From the NCBI GenBank assembly GCA_937895785.1, contig CALBKW010000070.1:1-52491 (forward strand): 52,491 bases of DNA. The letters run 5' to 3'. A program made the translations under genes and the position numbers. This DNA is from an uncultured Candidatus Melainabacteria bacterium (lineage in GTDB: Bacteria > Cyanobacteriota > Vampirovibrionia > Gastranaerophilales > Gastranaerophilaceae). Positions 1 through 7,660 of the stretch are shown here, one piece after another (positions within the stretch are counted from its first letter, which is position 1; each line of letters begins with the position of its first letter). The notes below the pieces were generated by a model that ran no database searches, was not told the DNA's origin, and saw only the letters and a program-made list of their open reading frames with translations.

Positions 1-2
1 TA

Positions 3-329
3 AAAGTTGATATAGGAATTTCAATTTCATCTTTTGAACATGACGGACTAGGACGTTATGGTGATAGATTAAACCCAAATGGTGATTTGAAAACAATGTT
101 TAAAATTAAAAAGATTATCAAAAAGGGTGGGCTTTTATTTTTGTCAGTGCCTGTAGGTCCTGATTGTTTGGTGTGGAACGCTCACAGAATATATGGGCAG
201 TTAAGATTACCAATGTTGATTAAAAATTGGAAACTTTTAGAAGTTTTTTCGGATAGTAATATAACTTTTGCTGGAGAACCTGTTGCGTATCCAACGCATG
301 AACCAGTGTTGGTGTTAAAAAATATTTAA
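3..329 (+). CDS. C-terminal part of a DUF268-type (SAM-methyltransferase-like) protein; the 5' end lies outside the window
   Basis: Frame 3 is open from nt 3. The translation ..SFEHDGLGRYGDRLNPNGDL..GGLLFLSVPVGPD..VWNAHRIYG..RL matches the DUF268 signature as I recall it. TAA stop at 327-329 is followed by a hairpin terminator. Confidence 0.6.
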   Translation, partial: KVDIGISISSFEHDGLGRYGDRLNPNGDLKTMFKIKKIIKKGGLLFLSVPVGPDCLVWNAHRIYGQLRLPMLIKNWKLLEVFSDSNITFAGEPVAYPTHEPVLVLKNI

Positions 330-337
330 TAAAAAAT

Positions 338-368
338 AAAGACCATTATAAATGGTCTTTATTTTTTT
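338..368. terminator. Bidirectional rho-independent terminator
   Basis: Stem AAAGACCAT (338-346) / ATGGTCTTT (352-360) with a 5-nt loop. T-run 362-368 on + and A-run 331-337 (T-run on -). It sits between the convergent DUF268-like gene and tRNA-Gly. Confidence 0.8.
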
Positions 369-369
369 A

Positions 370-445
370 TGGAGCGGAAGACGAGACTCGAACTCGCAAC
401 AACCTGCTTGGAAGGCAGGGACTCTAGCCATTGAGTTACTTCCGC
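370..445 (-). tRNA. tRNA-Gly (anticodon UCC), CCA encoded
   Basis: The reverse complement folds as a cloverleaf: acceptor GCGGAAG/CTTCCGC, D stem ACTC/GAGT, anticodon stem CCTGC/GCAGG with loop CTTCCAA (TCC), T arm GCGAG-TTCGAGT-CTCGT, discriminator T, CCA at 370-372. Confidence 0.93.
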
Positions 446-646
446 ATAGAGTTTTCTTATTTAATTGTTTTCTTGCATCACGTAACTCAATGGCCTTTAA
501 TTAGACTTCGTTTCGTCAAGCCTCACCGATAAGTTACTTCCGCATAGAGTTTCTTATTTAATTGTTTTCTTGCATCATGTAACTCAATGGCTTTCAATTA
601 GACTTCGTTTCGTCAAGTCTTACCGATAAGTTACTTCCGCATAGAG
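435..646. repeat. Tandem direct repeat, period 98 then 97 bp, about 2.2 copies, starting inside the 5' end of tRNA-Gly
   Basis: GTTACTTCCGCATAGAG occurs at 435, 533 and 630. Units 435-532 and 533-629 differ at about 6 positions. Each unit contains GTAACTCAATGGC (482-494, 579-591), the inverted copy of 427-439 within the tRNA. Confidence 0.9.
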
Positions 647-729
647 CTTATATGTAAATAATAATATAAATTCAAAATAAAATCAATATTTATTTTATTT
701 TGAAAATTGATTTGTGATAAAATCATGGA

Positions 730-2214
730 ATGATTTTATCGATTTTGAACAAATATAAAACATTTTTTATTGTATTTTTCATATGGGGGTGTATCACGCT
801 CTTGCGTATTTTTAATCATATTCCTTGGTGTGATGAAGCGCATGCTTGGACAATAGCAGAAGAACTTAATATTATTGATATTTTCAAGTTAATGCATCAA
901 GAGGGGCATTTGTTTATTTGGTATTTATGTTTACTGCTATTTGCCAAATTTAATGTTTTATATCCGTATTCAATGCAAATTATAAACTGGATTTTTTGTG
1001 CATCAGCATTGATTATTTTATGGCTAAAATCACCTTTTAACAATTGGATTAAAAGTTTTATAACATTTTCTTTTCCATTTTTATTCACATATTCTGTAAT
1101 AGCTCGTTGTTATTCAATTGGAATTTTATTTTTGTTCTTGTTAACAATCCATTTTAAAGATAAAGTAAAACGTCCCCTATTGTATTCAGTTTTGCTTATA
1201 ATTACAGCAAATACAAGTGTAATGGCATTGTTTGGAGCAACCGCTTTTGGTGTATTATTTTTATATGATTTTATAAAATCTAAACCAGAAAAAACTTTAA
1301 TTTTAAAAACTTCAATAATTTTATTATTAGGTGCAGTAACTGTTTTGTTGCAAATCGGTGGTGCTGGTCAAGAAGGTGGTTATCATTTATCAACTAACTT
1401 CTTAAATAATTGGCTGTTTTATGCTGGTTTTGCTTTCTTAGCTTGTTTTTTATTTTTAATTAGAAGTCAATTAAGAATAGTCTTTTTCGTAATATCTACA
1501 ACTTCCTTGTTGGCATACTGTTTTATGTTCGTTTATCAAGGTCATTTTATACATCACTTTTTTTATTACATATATTTTATTATTGCTAGCTGGCTTTATT
1601 TTGATTTGTCAGATAACAATAATAAATCAAAATTATTAACTTGTTTTGTCGCAATAATTTCTTGCTTTTTATGCTTTTATCCATTATTTATGCAAAAAGA
1701 AGATCGTACAAAGTTTTTAGAAATACTTTATTTACAAAATATGAGTGGTATTTCAGAAACAGAAGTTATAAAAACATTATTGAACGATAACAATTTTAAA
1801 GGTAATAATGTTATTGTTGCAGATAGTAATATGTCATTTATTTTTTCAATGTTGCCATATCAAAAAACAATGCATAAAAAACTTGTAAGCTATTGTAATG
1901 GCAATTATTTTGACCATACTTTTTATATAACATATTTGACTGATGCCTCTAATAAATATTGTAAAATAAATCAAGAATCAAAGCATAAAAAATATTTTAC
2001 TGTTAATTTCTCTTATGAACATTTAGGTGAATTGATTGAGAAATATGGAGATTCTTTAGCATATGGACTACCAGACATAAAAAACTTAACTGGTGGTATA
2101 GATTTGGATGAAGTCTATTTTCAGTTGTCAGGTCAGATGTATTCAATAAAGAAGTATAAATGCTTTACAAACGGTCTATCTTGTATTTATTTAGTTGGCA
2201 AACCTACTAATTAA
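730..2214 (+). CDS. Polytopic membrane protein, possibly a GT-C fold (ArnT/PMT-like) glycosyltransferase
   Basis: 494-aa ORF. The first ~330 aa are a run of about 10 hydrophobic helices, with a D-E pair (WCDEAHAW) in the first loop as in GT-C enzymes, followed by a ~160-aa soluble tail. The family call is pattern-based only. Confidence 0.5.
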   Translation: MILSILNKYKTFFIVFFIWGCITLLRIFNHIPWCDEAHAWTIAEELNIIDIFKLMHQEGHLFIWYLCLLLFAKFNVLYPYSMQIINWIFCASALIILWLKSPFNNWIKSFITFSFPFLFTYSVIARCYSIGILFLFLLTIHFKDKVKRPLLYSVLLIITANTSVMALFGATAFGVLFLYDFIKSKPEKTLILKTSIILLLGAVTVLLQIGGAGQEGGYHLSTNFLNNWLFYAGFAFLACFLFLIRSQLRIVFFVISTTSLLAYCFMFVYQGHFIHHFFYYIYFIIASWLYFDLSDNNNKSKLLTCFVAIISCFLCFYPLFMQKEDRTKFLEILYLQNMSGISETEVIKTLLNDNNFKGNNVIVADSNMSFIFSMLPYQKTMHKKLVSYCNGNYFDHTFYITYLTDASNKYCKINQESKHKKYFTVNFSYEHLGELIEKYGDSLAYGLPDIKNLTGGIDLDEVYFQLSGQMYSIKKYKCFTNGLSCIYLVGKPTN

Positions 2215-2368
2215 ACAGACTATTCAAAATTCTATATAATTTATATTGATCTTTTGGTCTACCTTAAGTTAAATCCAATGATTGATGTCATGACATGCAA
2301 AAACATATAAACTAATAATGTCAGAAGAAAGACATCAAGAGTGTTAATGAATAACAAGGGGTGGAATT

Positions 2369-3559
2369 GTGAAACGTTTAATCACTACATTAATGATATT
2401 AGTTGTAACAGCAATGAGTGCAAACGCAGCTAATGAGCAAAAGATGAATGTGTTAAATTCAATTGAAATTGATTCATTGAAAGATACATACAATATTACT
2501 TTAGATACAAAATCTGAAGTAAATATGAAACGTACAATTCAATCAACAAATAATATGATTTTGACATTGAAAAATATTAAACCTTCGAAATCATTAAACA
2601 CTATTTATAAAAACGCTGCAGAAGTCGATAGCGTAATGGTAGAGCCTGTTGGTGACAATTCTTTAAATATCATTATTCAAGCTAACAATATTGCTAATTC
2701 TGCGGTTACATTTAATACAGAAGAAGCTACATTAGAAGCTTCAAATAGCAAATCTGTATTAGGTGCGACTTCAACAGCAAAAAAATCGAAAAAACATTCA
2801 AGTAAAGACAAAATTGTTTTGTCAGCTCCTGTAGATGCATACGCACCTGTTTATCAAGAAGAATTTGATGAAGAAGATTTAGATTCTGAGGGTCCAATGT
2901 CAGGTTTAATCGCAATGATTAAAAATTTCTTAGGACAAGGTAATATTTCTAATATTGTATCAACTGGCTTAATCGGTATAATTTTATTTTGCGGTATTAA
3001 ATTATTCAAAAAAGAAGAACCTGAAACAGCAATTGGTTTAGCACAAAGCTTAAAAGATAGAGAATTAAGCTTGTACAAAGACATGTCAATGCGCGGTGGT
3101 GTTGTAGGACCTATGTCTTTAGAAAGACCACAAGAATCATTGAACATTCAAAGACCGCAAGTTCAAAAACAACCAATTGCTCCTCAGGTTGCTAAACCTG
3201 CCGTAAATGCAAAAGCTGGTTATGGAATGAGAGCCTACCAAGCTAGCTCAAAAAATCCTTATATGTCAGCAGATAACAGCATGATGCAAAGACCTGTATC
3301 TTCTGCTCAAGTTACTGGACAAGCTCAAGCTCCTCAATCAAGAATTTTATCAACAGTTGGTTCAAGAGTTAACCAAAACAAAATGAATTTAGGTATAAAT
3401 AGACCAGTTCAAAATATGTCTGCTCCTGTAGCAAAAGCATCAAATATTGATAGTATGAAATTCTTAGAATCAATGACTCAAATTTATGAAAAGAATGGTC
3501 GTTCAGATTTAGCTCAAGGTTTGAAAGCTGGTATGTTAAAAGCAAAAGCAAACGTATAA
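2369..3559 (+). CDS. Secreted or membrane-anchored protein with an AMIN-like N-domain, one internal TM helix and a Q/P/M/S-rich tail
   Basis: GTG start after SD AAGGGGTGG. Signal peptide MKRLITTLMILVVTAMSANA. A ~95-aa beta-rich module (..YNITLDTKSEV..MILTLKNIKPSKSL..VMVEPVGDNSLNIIIQ) resembles AMIN domains (weak). TM segment IVSTGLIGIILFCGIKLF. Confidence 0.55.
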   Translation: MKRLITTLMILVVTAMSANAANEQKMNVLNSIEIDSLKDTYNITLDTKSEVNMKRTIQSTNNMILTLKNIKPSKSLNTIYKNAAEVDSVMVEPVGDNSLNIIIQANNIANSAVTFNTEEATLEASNSKSVLGATSTAKKSKKHSSKDKIVLSAPVDAYAPVYQEEFDEEDLDSEGPMSGLIAMIKNFLGQGNISNIVSTGLIGIILFCGIKLFKKEEPETAIGLAQSLKDRELSLYKDMSMRGGVVGPMSLERPQESLNIQRPQVQKQPIAPQVAKPAVNAKAGYGMRAYQASSKNPYMSADNSMMQRPVSSAQVTGQAQAPQSRILSTVGSRVNQNKMNLGINRPVQNMSAPVAKASNIDSMKFLESMTQIYEKNGRSDLAQGLKAGMLKAKANV

Positions 3560-3591
3560 ATTTTAATAAACACATGACAACATTAACACTA

Positions 3592-3616
3592 GGGACATTA
3601 AGATGTCCCTTTTTAT
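3592..3616 (+). terminator. Rho-independent terminator
   Basis: GGGACAT (3592-3598) / ATGTCCC (3603-3609), loop TAAG, followed by TTTTTATTTT. Confidence 0.8.
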
Positions 3617-3655
3617 TTTATTGTAACAAAATCTTAACAAACTTCTAAGATTCCC

Positions 3656-3683
3656 TAAAGTTCATGCTTTGAAGTGCCGACAT
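3656..3683 (+). promoter_or_regulatory. Sigma-28 (FliA/SigD)-type promoter candidate
   Basis: TAAAGTTC (3656-3663) - N12 - GCCGACAT (3676-3683), 40 nt upstream of the ATG at 3724. Compare the FliA consensus TAAAGTTT-N11-GCCGATAA and SigD TAAA-N15-GCCGATAT. Confidence 0.55.
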
Positions 3684-3723
3684 TACATGTGTAGGTATCG
3701 TGTATATGTAAAGGTCGTACAAT

Positions 3724-4863
3724 ATGATGGATTTATTGAAAAACGTAAAAGCAAAAGTTGCACAAAATAATGCGGCAATGGGCACAAGTTCTTCTGATTC
3801 ACTAAATAATGGTTTTAGCCAAAGAATTGACCATGTTGCTGATAATGTAAATAAAAGTGCATCAATTTTTACATCAGTGTATGGTGATGCTAAAGCAAGT
3901 GCTGAAGCAGAAGTAAAAGAAATAAATAATAGATTGAAGAAACAACAAAGAACTCAAGCTATTATAGGCGCTCTTACGACAGCAGCATCATTAGCTCCTC
4001 AAGCAATGAGTTTGCTTGCATCAATTAAAGCATGTAAATCAGCAAGTACAGATACAAAAACAACTCCTCAACAAAAACAAAGTCAAATCCAAGAATTTAC
4101 ACAAAAAATTGCAGATGCAGAAAAACAAGTTGAAACTTATACATCAGAAATTGCTACACTAAATAGCGATATTGAAAATGCAAATAATACAATTACAGAA
4201 CAAACAGAAGTTTCAAAAACAAAACAAAAAGAAATTGATGATGCAAAAGATGCGGTTGATGCATTGACAAAATCAAAAGATGATGAAACCGACGAAACTT
4301 TAGTATCTTTAAATAACGATATTAAAAGGCAAAATACAAATAAAGCAGATGGTGAAAATGATTTGGCAAAAGCAAATGCAATGCCTGATACTATTCAACA
4401 AAAGAAAGTTGTAAATGGTCAAGTTCAATATGTGACTGTTAAAAATACAAATAAAGCAAAAGCAAAAGAAGCGGCTGAAAAAAAGATTAAAGCTGCAGAA
4501 GAAGAAATTAAAAAATTAGAAAAACAAAAAACAGAAAGAAAGGCTGAACTAGATAAACAAATAGCAGCAAAAGAAGAAGAAAGAAAAGCTGCAGTAAATG
4601 CAAAAAGAGAGGCTGATGAAGCAGTTGCAAATGCTCAAGCAGAAGTAGAATCAAAGAAAGATTCAGTAGATGAAAAGACTAAAGCAAAAGATAGATTAGA
4701 AAAGACTGAAATTCCACAATTAAAGTCTGCTTTAGAAGATTTGAAAAAAGCTGCTGGGGCAACTACATCTACAACTCAAACGCAAACAACACAAGTAAGA
4801 CAACAAACTCAACAAACACAACAAGTTGCTCAAGAAGATCCGACAAAAAAGAAACAATCTTGA
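3724..4863 (+). CDS. Coiled-coil protein with an Ala/Ser/Leu-rich hydrophobic segment (paralogue of 4993-6660), function unknown
   Basis: 379 aa. SD AAAGG. No signal peptide. Hydrophobic segment AIIGALTTAASLAPQAMSLLASI near aa 80-103, then about 230 aa of K/E/A/D/T heptad-like sequence and a T/Q-rich tail. Confidence 0.75.
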   Translation: MMDLLKNVKAKVAQNNAAMGTSSSDSLNNGFSQRIDHVADNVNKSASIFTSVYGDAKASAEAEVKEINNRLKKQQRTQAIIGALTTAASLAPQAMSLLASIKACKSASTDTKTTPQQKQSQIQEFTQKIADAEKQVETYTSEIATLNSDIENANNTITEQTEVSKTKQKEIDDAKDAVDALTKSKDDETDETLVSLNNDIKRQNTNKADGENDLAKANAMPDTIQQKKVVNGQVQYVTVKNTNKAKAKEAAEKKIKAAEEEIKKLEKQKTERKAELDKQIAAKEEERKAAVNAKREADEAVANAQAEVESKKDSVDEKTKAKDRLEKTEIPQLKSALEDLKKAAGATTSTTQTQTTQVRQQTQQTQQVAQEDPTKKKQS

Positions 4864-4880
4864 TTAAATAAATTAGATTA

Positions 4881-4920
4881 AATGGCGAATGTTAATAATT
4901 GTTAACATTCGCCATTTTTT
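4881..4920 (+). terminator. Rho-independent terminator
   Basis: 15-bp stem AATGGCGAATGTTAA / TTAACATTCGCCATT followed by TTTTTT (4915-4920). Confidence 0.9.
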
Positions 4921-4922
4921 AC

Positions 4923-4950
4923 TAAAGTTTAGTCCATGATATACCGACAT
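4923..4950 (+). promoter_or_regulatory. Sigma-28 (FliA/SigD)-type promoter candidate
   Basis: TAAAGTTT (4923-4930) - N12 - ACCGACAT (4943-4950), 42 nt upstream of the ATG at 4993. The downstream leader aligns with the leader at 3684-3723. Confidence 0.55.
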
Positions 4951-4992
4951 GCATGATGTATGGTAATATGTGTATAAAAAGGAGAATAAGTT

Positions 4993-6660
4993 ATGTCAGG
5001 AATAGATGATAGATTTAATAATTTAAATACAAAAGTATCAAGTGACTATGCGAAATTTAAATCATCTACAGGAATTTCTTATAGTGGTTCATCGTATGAT
5101 GCACTTTATGCTCAAGCACAACAAACTGTTCAAGAAACTCAAGACAGTGTTAATTATACAAGCAGTGATAGCGGTTCAGGAGTTAGCAAATTAGCAATGG
5201 GTATATCTATTGCTTCAGCAGCACTACCACTAGCTACAGCAGCGTTTGCTTTATTTAAAGGTTCAGGCTCAGGTTCTAGCAAGGTTGCCGCAGGTACTAA
5301 TGTTGATGCAAATTTAAAAGCCTTCCAAGCTGATGCTTCAAAATCTAACAGAAAGACATTGGAAAAAGATTTAACAGCATTGAGATCTCAAAGAGATGCT
5401 TTACAAGCTACAGTTGATTCAAAAAATAAAGAAATTGGTGAATTAAAAGATAGAAAAACTGCAGAAGAAAAAGATGGTTCAGAAACAGCAAATGTAAAAG
5501 CTGAAATTGCAAAAATTGATGAACTATTGAAGGGTACTGATACAACATCTGCTTATGGTAAAGCTTTAGCAGATTCAAAAGCAAAACAAGATGAAATTAC
5601 TGGTGTAGATACTCAAATTTCAACACTTGAAGCTCAAAATGCTGATACTGTAAAAGCTAGAGATAAAGCTGCAGCAGAAAAAACTGATGCAGAGGCTAAA
5701 TCTGCAGAGTTAGCTGGAAAAATTAGTACTGCAGAAGCTGACCTTACAGGTTTAGAATCTGATTATTCTAGCAAAAAAGACCAATTAAAAGAAGCAAAAA
5801 GAAAAGATGGTAAATACGAAACTGTTAAACAAGCAGACGGTTCTTATGTAAAACAAAAAATTGATAATAAAGCTGAAATTAAACGTTTAGACGGAATTGC
5901 TAATGAAGCAAAAGAAAAAGTTGATGCCAAAAAGAAAGAAATTAAAGAATTAAAAGAAGGCGAAGACGGCAAAGGCGGTAAGAAAGCTCAAGACGATATC
6001 GTAAAAGCTAAAACAGCAGAAATTGAATATTATAACAAATCTATGACTGATGGCAAAACAAATGTTAAAGACTTGTTAGAACAAAAAGAAACATTAAAAG
6101 CAGAAAAGGATGCTTTAGATAAAACAGCCGAAGATGAAAAAACTAAATTAACAGAAAAGAAACAAGAATATCAAACAGCTTTAGATACTGGTGTAGCTAA
6201 AGACCTTCAAGCGAAAATTGAAACATTAGAAAAAGAAGTAAAAGATATTACTGATGGTGATTTGAAAACATTAAATGAAAAAATTGCAACTATTGAAACT
6301 TCATTAGGTATCAAAGGTTCATCATCAACAGGCGCTTCTGACGAAACTGGAACTGTTACACCAACAGGTGATGCAGGAACTGGCAGCACTCCAGCAACCA
6401 CAGACGGTGCTGATGTAAAAGTTGGCGAAGACGGTTTGACTGACTATATCAGAGAGTCTGAAGACAAACCTGATGTTGATAATGATGCTTCTGTACAATC
6501 AATGTCAATGTGGGAACAACAAGATATTCCAGGATTACCAAAAAATGGTGACAAAAAGACAGTTGATGGTAAAGAATACACATACCAAAATAATACTTGG
6601 ACAGATGCAGAAGGTTATACTTATGTAGATGAATGGGGCAGACCTGGAAGACGCATGTAG
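4993..6660 (+). CDS. Coiled-coil protein with an Ala-rich hydrophobic segment (paralogue of 3724-4863), function unknown
   Basis: 555 aa. SD AAGGAG. Hydrophobic segment LAMGISIASAALPLATAAFALF near aa 66-88, about 340 aa of K/E/A/D/T coiled-coil-like sequence, a G/T/S-rich linker, and an acidic/aromatic C-terminal ~90 aa (..KEYTYQNNTWTDAEGYTYVDEWGRPG). Confidence 0.75.
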   Translation: MSGIDDRFNNLNTKVSSDYAKFKSSTGISYSGSSYDALYAQAQQTVQETQDSVNYTSSDSGSGVSKLAMGISIASAALPLATAAFALFKGSGSGSSKVAAGTNVDANLKAFQADASKSNRKTLEKDLTALRSQRDALQATVDSKNKEIGELKDRKTAEEKDGSETANVKAEIAKIDELLKGTDTTSAYGKALADSKAKQDEITGVDTQISTLEAQNADTVKARDKAAAEKTDAEAKSAELAGKISTAEADLTGLESDYSSKKDQLKEAKRKDGKYETVKQADGSYVKQKIDNKAEIKRLDGIANEAKEKVDAKKKEIKELKEGEDGKGGKKAQDDIVKAKTAEIEYYNKSMTDGKTNVKDLLEQKETLKAEKDALDKTAEDEKTKLTEKKQEYQTALDTGVAKDLQAKIETLEKEVKDITDGDLKTLNEKIATIETSLGIKGSSSTGASDETGTVTPTGDAGTGSTPATTDGADVKVGEDGLTDYIRESEDKPDVDNDASVQSMSMWEQQDIPGLPKNGDKKTVDGKEYTYQNNTWTDAEGYTYVDEWGRPGRRM

Positions 6661-6683
6661 TAACAATAAAATAAGAATAAAAA

Positions 6684-6716
6684 AATACCAAGGTTTTAAA
6701 CCTCGGTATTTTTTTA
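6684..6716. terminator. Bidirectional rho-independent terminator
   Basis: AATACCAAGG (6684-6693) / CCTCGGTATT (6701-6710) with one mismatch. A-run before and T-run after. It sits between convergent genes. Confidence 0.75.
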
Positions 6717-6733
6717 TTTAACTAAGCGAATTA

Positions 6734-7432
6734 TTAGTTGTTATATAATACGTATCTAGCTGCATAACCATTTGGTAATACTTGTTGACCTTTAAATACA
6801 ACTGAGAATTGGTCAATGATTTGAGCGTTACCATCGTGGCAAGCACCTGTGTGACTAATACCTTTGTTATCAACAGCAGAACCGCCAACTTGGTTATCTG
6901 CTGATACATAGCCGTTGTTAGAACCTTGGTTCATATTAGCCATACAGTTAGATAATTTGTTTGGTTTTCTTTTACCGTTTACGTCAACGATAGCTGTACA
7001 ACGACCACCTCTAGCAGCTACGTTGTAGTTTGTACAGTGGTGCATAGTTGTTGGATCGTATGATAAAACCATACCATCAGCAAAGAACAATGTATAGTTT
7101 GATTGTGCAAAGCCCATTGTTCTACTTTCTTCATCATTAGCATATGTAGCAGATGTTACAAGTTTTACGATGTGCATTTTGTCGTTTAAAATTTGGTACA
7201 ATGAATCATCTGCTGTGGTTGTCATTGTAATATCAGCAAAGTCTACATAGTTCAATGCAACTGACATTGTTACAGCTTGGTTCATAGCTGATAAAATCTT
7301 TTTGAATGCTGTCTTCATTTCAGAAGAGTTTGTGTTTGACATCAAAGTCGGAATTGTCATAGCAGCAACTACACCAATGATACCTAGTGTAATTAAAACT
7401 TCTGCTAAAGTAAAGCCTAAATGTTTTTTCAT
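6734..7432 (-). CDS. Type IV pilin / pseudopilin with a prepilin N-terminal cleavage-methylation domain
   Basis: MKKHLG/FTLAEVLITLGIIGVVAAM: Gly at -1, Phe at +1, Glu at +5 and a hydrophobic helix. Four Cys in the C-terminal half. SD GAAAGG. Confidence 0.88.
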   Translation of the reverse strand: MKKHLGFTLAEVLITLGIIGVVAAMTIPTLMSNTNSSEMKTAFKKILSAMNQAVTMSVALNYVDFADITMTTTADDSLYQILNDKMHIVKLVTSATYANDEESRTMGFAQSNYTLFFADGMVLSYDPTTMHHCTNYNVAARGGRCTAIVDVNGKRKPNKLSNCMANMNQGSNNGYVSADNQVGGSAVDNKGISHTGACHDGNAQIIDQFSVVFKGQQVLPNGYAARYVLYNN

Positions 7433-7489
7433 AATTCGCCTTTCTTTATGTTTTCATATCTACTTATTACTTTTACGCTTAATGTATTT

Positions 7490-7518
7490 ATCCTATCAGA
7501 TTAGTATATATAAGTCAA
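7490..7518 (-). promoter_or_regulatory. Sigma-70-type promoter candidate for the pilin gene
   Basis: On the - strand, TTGACT (7518-7513) - 17 nt - TAGGAT (7495-7490), about 55 nt upstream of the ATG. Confidence 0.4.
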
Positions 7519-7660
7519 GCATTTTAAGGGATAATAATGCCTAAATTATAAAAATCATTCAGATAGCGTAATAATATAATACCACAGAATTATATTTTCT
7601 AACCCTAAAGGATTAGTTATTTTGAATATTGTTACAAAAGTTTATAAATAACACTTAATG

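Noticed and set aside
671-704. 13-bp perfect inverted repeat TTCAAAATAAAAT / ATTTTATTTTGAA upstream of the membrane glycosyltransferase-like gene
   Set aside because: It is almost pure A/T (one C:G pair), so it has low stability and low information content in this AT-rich genome. It could be an operator, but nothing else supports that.
370-730. tRNA-Gly-adjacent repeats as att sites of an integrated mobile element or genomic island
   Set aside because: There is no integrase, excisionase or other mobile-element gene on either side. The duplication involves the 5' rather than the 3' end of the tRNA, and the units are contiguous tandem copies rather than island-flanking direct repeats.
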